A stretch of DNA of 64,000 bases from Raja brachyura. Lineage: Eukaryota. Positions 26,301-39,475 of this stretch are shown one piece after another. A program made the translations under genes and the position numbers. Under the pieces are notes generated by a model that saw only the letters and a list, made by a program, of their open reading frames with translations, was not told the origin of the DNA and did no database searches. Position 1 is the first letter of the stretch; each line of letters starts with the position of its first letter. Location: the NCBI GenBank assembly GCA_963514005.1, contig OY740808.1, forward strand, positions 11,780,001-11,844,000, given 5' to 3'.

Positions 26301-27499
26301 TCTGCTGCGTTTGTTATCAATGTTTGCAACATTCTCTTTTGGTTGTGTTCAGTGTTTGACAAATTAATTGTGGTGCTTTTCTGCTGTAATGCCATTTCAC
26401 AGCCAGAGGGCTCTATCAGCTATTTAGAGAACTTTAACAATTCACTAACATGAGTGAAACAATATATTAAATTGTCTCCTGCAGGTGTGTGAAAATAAAT
26501 ACTGCTTTGGTTTTCCTTTCGCTGCCAGTAATTGAATATTCACACATGCTTTCAGGTCATTCATTCCAATGCATTCACGAGATTGAGGATGCAGTAGAAT
26601 TTGATGGGAAGAGGACACACACTTCACATTTCCACGCATTCTAAATAGATTAGCTATTTATGAGAGGATACAATCTCTGTTGTACAGTGATGTTTCAAAT
26701 GTATATAGGTCCATCGTTATTTAATTATGACTGCTGGGTAGTTAACCGATAGACCAAGATGGCAAAGGTCCATCATAATTGATTCATGTTCAGGGAGGCT
26801 TCATTAGTAGATAAAGCTTGATAGGTTGTCTCTAATGATGAGATGGTATTGTGTAGCACTTCTTTATTCAATATCAGACGATGTTTTATGGATCTGTAAA
26901 GCTGCACGTACAATAACTATCCCAAGTGTACGTTTGTAACAAAAGTGGTTATTATATAAATGTTAGAAAAAATTGACATTTATTTTTATGTGCATGTTAA
27001 CCATGTATAATGAAAATGAAATAAAGAAAGGTAAGATGTTAATCATAGTTTGTGTCTTAAATGGTTTTTGCAGATATTGTTATGTCTACGGGTATTAGTG
27101 GGGGTTTTTTGTGACAGTAGGCATACCAGCACCTCCTAACAAAAACTAGATTTTCAAAATTACGAATGTTTAATATTATTTAAAGATTACTAAAGCTTAA
27201 AGAATATATGTTATTAATTAAAGTTGGTGGTCAGGCAACAGCTTAAATAGCTTTTAGGATATCAGTGGCTTCTAGGATGACATCGACATCACAGCATGGA
27301 ATTATATGCATCTCTGCATCTTTTTGTCTACATAAAACACTTATTATAAGCTAAATAATATATCTCAAGGCATTGAAATTCAGTAACTTAAATATCCTAA
27401 GGAGAAAATAATTCTGAATATTATCAATTTACAGCTCAATTTAGTGATAGAACTGAAAGGTGCGGAATATTTAATCCGACTCTCTTTGTTGATTGATAG

Positions 27500-27682
27500 A
27501 TGATGACCCAGTCAGGGTCCAAAGGAAAGCAAGGAGGTCCTTCCACTGTAGCAGGTCCACAAAAAGCCGGAAGCCAACTGGATAATATGTTGGATGAATT
27601 ACACGTTGGGCTGAATAAATTGGGAGTTGCGACTGTAGCAAAAGGAGTATGTGCTGCTTGCAAGAAACCTATAGCCGGACAG
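27500..27682 (+). CDS. PXN: Paxillin exon (LD5, start of LIM1)
   Basis: GSQLDNMLDELHVGLNKLGVATVAKGVCAACKKPIAGQ|GTGAGA. Confidence 0.95.
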
Positions 27683-29024
27683 GTGAGAACTATCAGGAAT
27701 AAAAGTGATCTTCATTATTTTCTGAGATACTCGTTTTTGTTGGATGTTATAGATTTTCATGGGCCAATTTTTTGCCATGAAACAATACTGTTCAAAAAAG
27801 ACTATTTGTATAGTGAAATACTTTTTTATTGAAGAAGGGTATGAAAGACAATAAATGTTTCTAACATGTTTAATGGGTATCGATGCTGTTGTTAAGAAGA
27901 CATATTATTGACACCTTGATATCAGTTCCTTTCATCAGAAAGGTTTGTACTGTATTTTTGACATTTCCTTATGTAAACAAAACATGGAGTTATAGTTATA
28001 CAGCAGGCAAATAGGTCCTCCAGGCCAACTTGTCCATGACAACCAAGTTGCCTATCTGTGTTTGGCCCAAATCGCTCTAAACCTTTCCTATCCATGTAAA
28101 TGTCCAATGTCTTTTTAACATTGTAATTGTGCCTAATCCAACAACTTCAACTTGACAACTTGTGCCATATACCCACCACCTCCCTATGTGAAAATGTTGC
28201 CCCATAGGTCTCATAGAAATCTTTCCGCACTTTCCCTCAATCTAAGTTCTCAAGTTTTAGACTCCCCTACCCTGAGAAAAGATTGACTATTCATCTTATC
28301 AGTGCTCCTCATAATTTCATATATCTCTATAAGGCTACCCTTCAGCCTCCAATGCGCAAGAAAAAAAAGGCTGCAGCCTATTCAGTTTATCCTTATAACT
28401 CAAGTCCTCCAGTCCTGGTTATATTAATGTGAATCTTCTCTGCATACTTTCCAGCTTAATGACATTCTTCCTATAGCTATATGACCAGAACTGCATACAA
28501 TATTTCAAGTATGACGTTACCAATATAATTTGACATCCGAACTGTTGGACTCAATGCCCTCACTAAGGAAAGGCAAGCATGCAAATGCTTTTTTCAGTAC
28601 CCTGTCTACTGTGTTGGTACTTTCAGGGAACTTTATACTTGTAATCCTAGGTCTCCCTGTTCTACAACACTTTCCGGTGCCATGCCATATACTGTGTAAC
28701 TTCTCCCCAGGTTTAACTTGCCAAAATGCAACACTTCACACTTGTCTGAGTTATATACCTTAAACATCCAATTGCATAAAGCACAGGTTGTATCAATATT
28801 ACTAGAAACATGATAACCCCTTGATTTACAAGGATTATTGTATGACTAAGTTAATATTTAATAAAATTGGATTGCGTGTTGCTTTTCTCACTTGTGAAGA
28901 CGTTTAAAGAGTGTTTATGCCAATGGATATACACATATCAGTTCTGCGATTGCAAGTAAGAATTTCATTGTTCCGTCACAGAACAGATGACAATAAAACA
29001 CTCTTGACCTTTATTTTCTGTCAG

Positions 29025-29198
29025 GTTGTTACTGCCATGGGCCGTACCTGGCACCCCGAGCACTTTGTGTGTACCCATTGTCAAGAAGAGATTGGCTCTC
29101 GGAATTTCTTTGAGCGAGATGGACAGCCATACTGTGAGAAGGACTATCACAATCTATTCTCACCCCGTTGTTACTATTGTAATGGACCCATTTTGGAT
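29025..29198 (+). CDS. PXN: Paxillin exon (LIM1/LIM2)
   Basis: [19 protein letters not shown]...[12 protein letters not shown]|GTGAGT. Confidence 0.98.
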
Positions 29199-29284
29199 GT
29201 GAGTATCTCTGATGTCTGCAGAGTGTTGGATAAAAACAGAATACTAATGCTGTCAATGATAAGAATAAACAAAGCTTGTATATA

Positions 29285-30141
29285 CAGTAAAACCTCACTC
29301 TTAACGGGCCATGAGGGGGGGATGGTATCCATGAATGCCGATTGTCCGTTATAACCGAGGAAGGTATTACCATTGTATGTAGTTCAGACAAACTACTACA
29401 GATGGTGGTTAATACACAAAAGGACACAAAAAGCTGGAGTAACTCAGCGGGTCAGGTTGCATTTTTGGAGAACATGGATAGGTGACTTCGGGACCATTCT
29501 TCAGACTGATTCAGTTTGCTTACTTACTTCAGCACATTGTGTAGTTTCACCTTGAAACTAGGCGCCGAGCGCCTAGCGGGCCGTTTATGATCACTTACAG
29601 TAGGTTCGGGAGAGAGGGATGTTGCTGCAGCTCTCATTGTACCCCTGGGTCAGCAGCACTTTCTTCATGCTGCTGCCAATAAGACGCGTCTGATTACTCT
29701 GAGACTCCCTACCCTCTCACCTGCTGCTGCTTCCAAGGTGGAGTATGTTGGCAGCTCCTGGGGAGGAGGTGGGGGGGGGGGGGGGGGGGAAGCCAAGTCA
29801 ACAGGGCAACGGGAGAAAGAAGAGACGGTGATGGTTGAGTGGGCAGCGGAAGCAGCAGCAGGCGAGAGGAGAGAGAGCTCCACAGTGACCGAGCACGTCA
29901 TGTCAGTGGCGAAGGCCTGAAGAAAGCGCTTTCCCCAGGGGATACAACATGAGCCGCAACAATAGCCGTGTCACCGGATCATGCGATGGGTCAAGAAGGG
30001 CTCGCTGGTGCACCTTGCAAATCGAGAGTGGCATCGAAAGCAGGGGTTCTAAATGACCAGAGAGCCGGGGATAGGTCATCAGGTCCATCCGTTACAACCA
30101 AAATCCATTATAAAGGGGTCCGTTAAAACAGGGGTTTACTG
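29285..30141. mobile_element. Tigger/pogo-like non-autonomous element with nested Penelope fragment
   Basis: TA|CAGTAAAACCTC ... GGGGTTTACTG|TA, subterminal CCGTTATAAC-like motifs. Confidence 0.75.
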
Positions 30142-30358
30142 TACAATAAAGCTTTGTACTTCCTGGAAATATCTCTTTCTAAGATTATTTATTTACTGAT
30201 GTAAGTAGGGTAAATTAAGACCTGAAGATACTGGGAATTAGATTTTAAGATTTGAAGACAAATATTGTGGAGCTATGTTTGGGCTACTTATATACAACTC
30301 TGAACTGTATTGTTTCATTTTTCACTAATAGTTTCTTTCTTTTTGCCTTTTCATGCAG

Positions 30359-30440
30359 AAAGTGGTGACTGCACTGGATCGAACATGGCATCCTGAACAC
30401 TTCTTCTGTGCTCAGTGTGGTGCGTTCTTTGGGCCAGATG
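30359..30440 (+). CDS. PXN: Paxillin exon (LIM2)
   Basis: [28 protein letters not shown]|GTATGA. Confidence 0.98.
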
Positions 30441-32289
30441 GTATGATGCTCTCTCATTTGCGTGATGTTTTATATAGTTGGGCCATTCCAGATTTTATGT
30501 TTTCGAATTGTTCAATAAAATTACTACTTAGCAATGTATTCCAGATTCCAGTGTTGACCTATCCTTGTTATGGCCAAGCCAGGCAGCATGTAATATTTTT
30601 AACACAATGGAAATAGTTAAAGAGGGTTGCACTAAGAATACCATTAAATCATTGCAGAGTTGTTTGGCCATCTTCATTAGTCAATTTTCAGCATTTTTAC
30701 GTTCTGTGTGGCTTGAACAAAAAAAATAGGTACTGCTCATGTACTATGAAACACATATTGAACTTGTATGTGGGCCATGCACAATGTAGTTATTTGTTCA
30801 TTGCGACCAAGTATTTCAATCACTTTATTATGTTATCTCCTAGAAGAACTTATTTTCTGTTCCGTGTTGTGATATTTAATCTTGCGTGTTATGAGTTGTC
30901 ATAAGTAGATTTAGCAGAATAGAATCATTACCCACTATTAAGCATTATGTCAGGTTAAAATTCTTGAGTTTTATTGAGATTGATGTTATTCAAGCATATC
31001 AACAGATAAGAGTTGCTGAATAAAGCATGTCGTGTATTTTCAGCAAGTCAGCATTTGCACCTTTATGTATAATTTTTGTTTGTTCTCATTCTATGTCAGT
31101 TATTTTTGATGAGAAAAAAATACTTTCTATGTCATCAAAATCTCAAATATGCTTAGTGTAAATTGGAGACAAGGTCAGGATGCATTGTGCAGAAGATGTT
31201 GCCACTGCAGGCTCAATATACACAATAAAGTAAATCAAGCAGAGAAAAAGGTCATTTGTCCATTACTACATATGCCAACTACCTCAATCACTAAAGACAA
31301 TCTTGACAGAGAAATTATGACAATTGTTCTGAAACTTTCAATTCATTTCTTAGACACACTCGATTAAAAGGCCAGGGTCATTGGGTGACTATAATAACAC
31401 TGTTGGCCTGTTTAATAAATATTACTTTATGACTTCCCTTCCTTACTATAATCTCAAGCCAAAGATTTTGAGTGATCTTTTCATTCTTTACCTCAACGCT
31501 GCTATATTGTTATTCATTGTAGAAATTAAGAGAATTTTAGAACAGCTTGTGCTTAACAATTCCTTAGCATGTGTGGAATAAGAGAATCCAGAATGCCTAT
31601 TTTTTCCATGGAAGTGAAGTATGTTTTTTTTGTTTTCACAACATGGTTGGAGATTTTCTCATTATTTTCTATTCACAATATTGCTGCTAATAAAGAACCA
31701 AAGGAATTTATTCATTTTACTTGATCTAACCAAACTGATGCAACATTTTCGCAAGTGGCATTTAATGAAGATATAATTGTTTCTTTCTTAATAAAATCGT
31801 CCCAGAATTAGCTCGTCACAGTTTACACTGTACTGTAGCAGCTTTCTCTTGCTCTTAAGCACCACTTGAGTCCTTTGGAAATAAACATAACAACCACAAT
31901 ACCTATCCTAATGAAGATCATTCTGTACATTGGTTGAAGCTGCACCATTAATATTGAATAAATTGTGAGCGTGAACCTTGGCATCTGATGACTGCACTGT
32001 CCACTGTCACTCTAGTTGTTATTAACTAAAATGATTTATCTTCTGTAGTTGCAGTAATTTTGCATCATATTTGCACAACTCTGCACATAACAATGGCAGC
32101 TTATAACAGTGGCATGTCCTGTAAGTCCCAGCCCACAATAATATTTTTTATCATCGTTCTTAGTTTTATTTTCAACGTGGTATATGTTGGCATGTATTCA
32201 GGAATAATGACAATTTCACCAAATATTTTGCTAGGTTATGGTAAGTTAGGCTGGTGTGGACACACTACAGTAAAATCCTTCTTTTGCAG

Positions 32290-32438
32290 GATTCCATGAA
32301 AAGGACGGGAAAGCCTATTGTCGCAAAGATTACTTTGACATGTTCGCTCCAAAGTGCGGTGGCTGTGCGCGAGCGATTCTAGAAAACTATATCTCAGCCC
32401 TCAATTCACTGTGGCACCCAGAGTGCTTTGTGTGCCGG
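32290..32438 (+). CDS. PXN: Paxillin exon (LIM2/LIM3)
   Basis: [49 protein letters not shown]|GTAAGA. Confidence 0.98.
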
Positions 32439-33674
32439 GTAAGAGAAGCAATTAATCTGTGTTTGCTTCAGAAATTGTTGTTAAACATTAAAGTAATTAA
32501 GTCCTTAATGTTATATGTTAATAAATATGTTAGATTTTCAATGAAATAATGCATCATGTTGTGTTAGAACAGAGATTAAGTATTTAATTGGATAGCAGGA
32601 ATGATGATGCATTCTGTTGAAGTGTGGAGGTTTATTAACAAAGCTTGTTAATCTCAAGGGGCAAGTAAAGAGGAACCTGAATTACAATGATGCCAAAACC
32701 GCTTTTTACTATGCCTTGACTACTGATGACATATGTGGCCACTTTCGCACATATCTTAACAGCTGGAGCCAAGCAAATCAACATGATAAATATGTGTATG
32801 ATCAATTAAGAGCAAAGATAGATTACAATGTACTCTTAGTCATCCAATATCCATGGGAAATGGAAGCTACCTGTTACATGAACATTCTGGTTCTATGAGA
32901 CTTGCCAAATAAAAACACTGGTATTCTCTACGGAAAAATTTAAATAAATTACAGAACCAAATGTCATCTCCTTACTCCTTATAAATAACAATATTACTCC
33001 ATAAAATTGTAGGAATGCAGAACTCTTACGAGCGAAGACAGCCAGTTCTAGCTCTTGCGAGTAACTCGTATTCTCATGAGATGGAACATCAGCTAGGCTG
33101 TGAAAACTCAAAGCATCTTTCACCAGTTGAATACAGAGCTGTAATGATTGTCAACTTAGCTGTAGTGGCAGAGGTTAGAGCTTCCACTGTTGTGCATATA
33201 TTGGGTGGCTTGAGCCTGTACTGCAATGGAGGATACATTCTCTGCTGCTGGGTGCTGCGTCATTAATTGTGTGTTAATTGGCATGGAACGGATCACCACT
33301 TACATGCTGGAAAGAACAGGCTTCAGATCTCGCACAAAGCAGTGAGCACAGTTGGAAATTGATTTTGCAGTTATAGAATATTTAACATCAAAAGCTCAAG
33401 ATCTCATGCTCCTAGATATCTTGGGCAGGTGTTCAAACAGGTTAGGTCTTTCCCCCAGAATATGCACGTGCATATTCATCAGCCTTAATCTGCAGACTAT
33501 CCTATTATTGTTCTCATCTGACTCCTGCAAAACAGAACCGGTATATAAGATAACCTCACATCTGTTATTTTTTCCCTGGCCTGGTTAAAGATTACTTATT
33601 CCTGGTCAATAAGCCTGTACCATCTACGATGCAGCAGGATCTGAGCTAATCTGACAATCCCCTCAGCTGTGATC

Positions 33675-34520
33675 GAGGACAGTCAAAAGCCCATAACTTT
33701 CTTAAAAATTAAGAGAACTGAAAGACATTTTCAGTTATTATAGATTGAAGCATTCCAAAACAAATATGAAACGATCTTACTTAGATGACCTGAAATTAAA
33801 GCATGTAATTAGTTAGTTACCCAATTGTAGCTAATTACAAAATTCAATTACTAGATCTAAACATCTATCCATTTCTTAATAAAAGATTAACATTTTTAAA
33901 TAGCCTAAGTGTCCAAATAACATTCACACAAGAATTCACAATATAACTTTTTTTTTAAATCTCATTGTCATGAGTTTATAGGCCAAATGGAAGGAATTTA
34001 GTGTTTAATTCCCGTAAATTAATGGCCATTTTAATCATCTTGCGAGTGGGTTTTTGTGGAACGCGATTGATTGGAACGTTGCGGTTGCGGTGAATTTAAA
34101 CCCCATATCGGCAGGAAAAAAACTGCCGGTTCGAATGGGGCCTAAATCACCTTTTCGCAACATGAAATTTGGATTAAAGGCATCCTGAGAAGCACGTTTA
34201 TATGTAAAATAAACGGCTTTCCTTTACCTGTCCCGTACGTGAAATCCATCCCCGTTGTCGCGTTCACGGCATTAGAAGCTAATTTTTTATTTTACTCCAG
34301 AGCTGAAATTGTCGGGATATTAAAAAAAAAAAAAAATTCACAGACCGGCAGTCGTAACAAATCTTCAGCAAAAGCTCGGACCCCGAGAAAATATAACTAC
34401 GGCAGGCAGGAGAAAACCACATTTTAACCCCCCCCCCCCCCCCTCAAAGGCGCCAAAAGCGTGCACACGGCCAGTGACAGAACTGCAGCGCCGCTGAAGG
34501 TAAGTTTTGTAACATACCTA
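33675..34520. mobile_element. Probable non-autonomous repeat, family unassigned
   Basis: Abrupt compositional block, CpG-enriched right end ending ...gtaacataccta; no TIR pair confirmed. Confidence 0.4.
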
Positions 34521-35313
34521 CAAGTAGTCCGGTCCTTTTAGAAAAGTATTTTAAAGAATGTTGTTCCCAAGCTGACTAACCAATTTTCTATTTATTTTGT
34601 GCAATGTGCCTAATCCGTGAGCTGTTTTAATTGTGATTTTATTTTGCGCAGTGGATTATCATCACATTATGTGTACATACAAAATATTGTTTTCCTTATG
34701 CATTAATATGAGCAATAATTAACACCAGTGATTCTCGTCATTTTGTTTTTAATCCAACCTCTGATATCTACATAACCTTTGATTTTTACAGGTAAACTAA
34801 ATAGGAGGGGGAAAAAGAACTTGGGTTGTGATTTCTGACAACTTAATTTAAATAAAAATTGTGGACGTCTGATGTTCAAGTTGCACAAGAGAAGAGGGAC
34901 TGAATACCTTGCTACATAATATTTTGTATAAATATTTTTAGAGACTTCCATAGCAGTATTAATGTGTTCATGGAATTGTGATGTCAATTTATATTCGAAG
35001 CATTTTGAAATGACACAGATGTTGAACTGAAATTAAAACATTTGCAACATTTATTTCTGACAGTGATAGAAAAAAGTGAAACTCCTCGAGACAAGATTTT
35101 AAGATTTGTAAGATTTCCCTCCACCTAACCCCAGGAGATCAATTGTTAGACAGTTTCAAGACAGTTCATACATAATCATATCCAAACCCTCAATATAGCC
35201 ATGTGTATACTTACTTTGTACATGACATTGCTGATTGACTGAGGCTATGCATATCTGAAATGTATTTATAAATCCTTCTTGGTAAAGTCTACTTTTTTCT
35301 GTTTCCTATACAG

Positions 35314-35580
35314 GAATGTTTCACCCCATTCATAAATGGCAGCTTTTTTGAACATGAGGGTCAGCCGTATTGCGAGATGCATTACCATGAGCGTCGCAAC
35401 TCACTGTGCTCTGGATGTCAGAAGCCTATCACAGGCCGCTGTATCACTGCTATGGGAAAGAAGTTCCACCCAGAGCATTTTGTCTGTGCCTTCTGCTTGA
35501 AACAGCTCAACAAGGGCACCTTCAAAGAGCAGAATGACAAGCCCTATTGTCACAACTGCTTTATCAAGCTCTTCTGTTAG
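35314..35580 (+). CDS. PXN: Paxillin last coding exon (LIM3/LIM4)
   Basis: [25 protein letters not shown]...[13 protein letters not shown] (TAG 35578-35580). Confidence 0.98.
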   Translation, partial: ECFTPFINGSFFEHEGQPYCEMHYHERRNSLCSGCQKPITGRCITAMGKKFHPEHFVCAFCLKQLNKGTFKEQNDKPYCHNCFIKLFC

Positions 35581-37140
35581 ATTCATCCCACCAGCCACCC
35601 CTCCAGTTCAATCATTCCTCTACTTCCACAAATTCACATTCAGGCACATGATCCCAATGGAACAGAAATTATCCAGCTTTTAGGGGTAATACAGATCTTG
35701 GACTTAAATAACAAACAATTTATTTGTGTATCTCCTCTTACTTACAGTAACTGCGAAAAGAGAAATTCCTCTAGATGAGGTGTTGAAAGTGCCATATTTT
35801 CCTCAATCCCAACCCCACAACCTCCAGGTGATTAACTTCATGCTAACAGCCATCTGTGGCAGGCTGGTTGAGGAGCTGTCAGATTCAATGACTTGAACCC
35901 AAATCAGCAGTGAAAAATTACCAGTGGTTTCTATCCAGCTCAGTTCTTGTTTAATTATATATTTTTTTAAACTGCAAAGACCATTTTAATATTGCAACCT
36001 CACAGACACCAACCCCAAGAGTACATATATATTGAGGCTTTTTCTTTGTCGAAGAGGTAAACAAAACAATGAATATATAATTGCAGTTAAACAATTCCCT
36101 GAATGGCTTGGTAAAACTAACTTGGTAAAACTACAACAGAACAATCCTCTAAAGGAACCCAGTCAAACTGACAATAAATCTACAGAGAACTATATGAAAC
36201 ATAGATGATGTTGCTGGAAAGCAAAAGTATTTTTATGAGAATTGTCTCTGTTGCACACCAGTGTTTCCTTGATGTCAGTAAAGCCTTTGACTAACTGAAG
36301 CAATAATATTTCTTAGCAATGGTCACAATCACACTTCCTGTTTGGTACACAGGGAAGTTTCCTTTGGTAGATTTGATAGAACTTTTACATGTCTGTAACC
36401 TTTTTATCCTCTATCAGTTACCTGAAGAGTTCATAATTCTGAGCTTTCATGTCAGAGTTATGTGATTTTAAAATCATGACAACCACTTTTTGTAAGCCAC
36501 CCATCACATGTAGGTGATGCAAGTAATTTTTGTGCTTTCTTACAAAATTAATGACTAATTCTTACATGGAAATTTAAAGGACTGTTAGATGGGACACTGC
36601 CTGTTCACTTTTATAGCACAAGAATGGTTTTAATCTTTGGGGCACGTCCTAACCTAATGTCTGTGAACAGAACATTTTCAATTGTGAGCCTGCTGTATTT
36701 TTATCAACTCTCTTGCCTAATTTGCCAATAATTTATCTTTATATGATATGTCTTAATTCCTGCTGTTGAGCTTTTGGGTCTTCCCACATAATGTGTTGCC
36801 ATATTTTGTCTGTCATCCTAAGAGTAATTCAGTTTAGAAAAAAACTGTGGTAACAGCTGAGGTCAGAAGCTTTTTAGTGCCATTTTAACTGGTCACATTC
36901 TGATAAATTGAAGCCTCACTAGTGTTTACAATGCATTGAATCCAGTCTGCCATTAAACCAAAGGGAATTCCTCAAGAATGAGATAAATTGTTTTAAGGAA
37001 ATAATCCTGATTCTTTCCTCTGAATAATAATCACTTGTGTTTGACTACATCTTTGTACATCTTTTAATCATGGCTTATACAATCTCATATATAATCTCAT
37101 GGGTTTTTGCCAATAAAAGTGCTTTTCATTTTATTTTAAG
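35581..37140 (+). other. PXN: PXN 3' UTR with poly(A) signal
   Basis: Repeat-free AT-rich tract after the stop; AATAAA 37112-37117 followed by T-rich downstream element. Confidence 0.7.
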
Positions 37141-37292
37141 ACTTCAGTTGACTTTTTCTTTTGAACGATCTAAATAAGCCATGTTTTTCCAACATGTTAG
37201 TTTGAAATTCTCCAGCTGGGTGCTAAAGGATTATTTTATTTTTTTTAACTGAGTGAACCAGATGGTTGTAATGTAAGATATTGCCAAATTAT

Positions 37293-37570
37293 GGGTGGCG
37301 CGGTAGCGCAGCGGTAGAGTGGCTGCCTTACAGCGCCAAAGACCAGGGTTAGATCCTGAGTACGGGTACGGAGTTTGTAAGTTCTCCCCGTGACCTGTGT
37401 GGATTTTCTCCTGGATCTCCGGTTTCTTCCCACACTCCAAAGACATACAGGTTTGTAGGTTAATGGGTGTGTGGAGATTAATGTTAATGTGCGGGGAGCA
37501 TTGGTCGGCGCAGATTCGGTGGGCCAAAGGGCCTGTTTCCATGCTGTATCACTGAATTAAACTAAACTAA
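37293..37570 (+). mobile_element. tRNA-derived V-SINE (HE1-like)
   Basis: A box GGTAGCGCAGCGG, B-box-like GGTTAGATCC, V-domain GTTCTCCCCGTG...TCCGGTTTCTTCCCACA, CR1-type 3' tail, (ctaaa)n end. Confidence 0.85.
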
Positions 37571-38636
37571 TGTAAATTTGAAGAGTCAGTGAAAATCTCA
37601 AGGCCAGGCTTGAAAAAGAAAAAACTTAGCAGAGTAAAATAATAGCCCGTTATCAACAAAGACATTTCAAATCCAGAAACAACTATTTTAATCTAAAAGA
37701 TGTCTTCAGTTTAGAACATGCTACCAAATGGAATATACATATTTTATCATAGATCATTTAAAATAAAGTAGGTAGGTACACGAAGGAGAAAGGAGCTAAA
37801 TGATTGAAACAATATGCAAATCGGATTTGATGAAATCATATGAGAGGAAGTTCACGTAGACATCAATGTTACACAGAATGTAAAGAGTACATTTAATGGC
37901 GTATTACAGGCCTTAAAAGAATAACTGAGGATCAACTGTTCATCAACAGCAGCATAATTTGGAATCATTTGTAATAAAGAGTAGGGAAGGAGGATATAGA
38001 TCAACAATCAATCAGCTTGCATTTTCTCATATCTTCTCCCATTAATGCAAATTGGTGCAAGACAGCTCCGCAGAGAAGAGCAGTGATCTGTTCCTCACTT
38101 GGAAATACTAGAATGCTGAGGTATGTAGAAAGGAATGTAGAAAGACAAAAGGAATGTTTGCCATTAAAAAGTGTATCAAGCTATTTGAAGACATCCGTGG
38201 AATGCCCATTGCAGTAAGTGAAGTGTCTCAAAACATTTTACACCTGGGAATGTATTCAACGTAGAAAATGAATGAGCGTGAGAAGGTTGTATTCATGGTT
38301 GTCAAAAAATGTTTGCAAAATAGAAACTAAAGTGACTGGACAAAGACAATGAGATCCTGGTACCTCTTTCCAAATAGTGTAGTGGGATCACTTTCACCCG
38401 AAGAACTTCAATAGTTCCTGAGTAATTGTAATTGGGCAATAAATGCTAGTGTTGCCAGCAATGCCTAAAAGAAGATGAATAAAGAAAAGCAGAATTGCAG
38501 AGTATTGGAACATAGTGAAAGAACCAGTGCATATACGTGAGTAGGTGTAAGAAACACACCAGAATTGATGTATCTTGGAACGGTGGGAAGATGTTGCTGG
38601 GATATAAAAATTATGTCCAAAGAATGTGGAGACATA

Positions 38637-39475
38637 GAGTGATACAGTGTGGAAACAGGGCCTTCGGCCCAACTTGACCACACCATCCAACATGTCCCAA
38701 CCACACTAGTCCCACCTGCCTGCGCTTGGTCCATATCCCTCCTAGCCTGTCCTATCCATGAACCTGTCTCACTGTTTCTTAAACGTTGGGATAGTCCCCG
38801 CCTAAACTACCTCCTCTGGCAGCTTGTTCCATACACCCACCACCCTTTGTGTGAAAACGTTACCCCTCAGATGCCTATTAAATCTTTTCCCCTTCACCTT
38901 GAACTTATGTCCTCTGGTCTATGATTCCCCTACTCTTGGCAAGAGATTCTGTGCATCTATCTGATCTATTCCTCTCATGATTTTATACACCTCTATAAGA
39001 ATCACTCCTCATCCTCCTTTGGACTCCTGTGGAGTCTTTGGAAAGGGTGTAGAGGAGGTTTGCCATAATGATGCCTGGAATAGCTACAGGGAAAGGTTGG
39101 AGACTTGAATTGGCTTCTCTGGAAGACTAGAGGTTGCGGGGAGTCCTGATAGAAGTGTATAAAATTATGTAAGAGTAGACAGTCAGAACCTTTTTCCTAG
39201 GATGGAAAAAATCAAATACTAGATGTCGTAGCTTTAAAGTGAGAGGGGCAAAGTTTAAGGGAGATGTGCGGGGAAGTTTTTACACAGACAATGGTGAGTG
39301 CCTGGAACGCACTGCCAGGGATGGTGGTTGAGTCTGAAACGATAGTGGCATATAAGAGATTTTTTAAATAGGTATATGGATTTGGAGGGATTAAGTGCAG
39401 ACAGATACGTGTTGGTCTTGGTATTATGTTTGGTATTGTGGGCTGAAATACCTGTTCTTGTACTGTACTGTTTTA
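38637..39475. mobile_element. Two oppositely oriented CR1 3' fragments
   Basis: Minus-strand tail from 38637 and plus-strand RT C-terminal/3' UTR remnant 39045-39475. Confidence 0.7.

Noticed and set aside
26403-26500. cag|CCA GAG GGC... possible terminal/poison exon with stop and AATAAA
   Set aside because: Only splice-like signals, no homology; too weak
37293-37365. tRNA-like sequence
   Set aside because: Head of a V-SINE, not a cloverleaf tRNA gene
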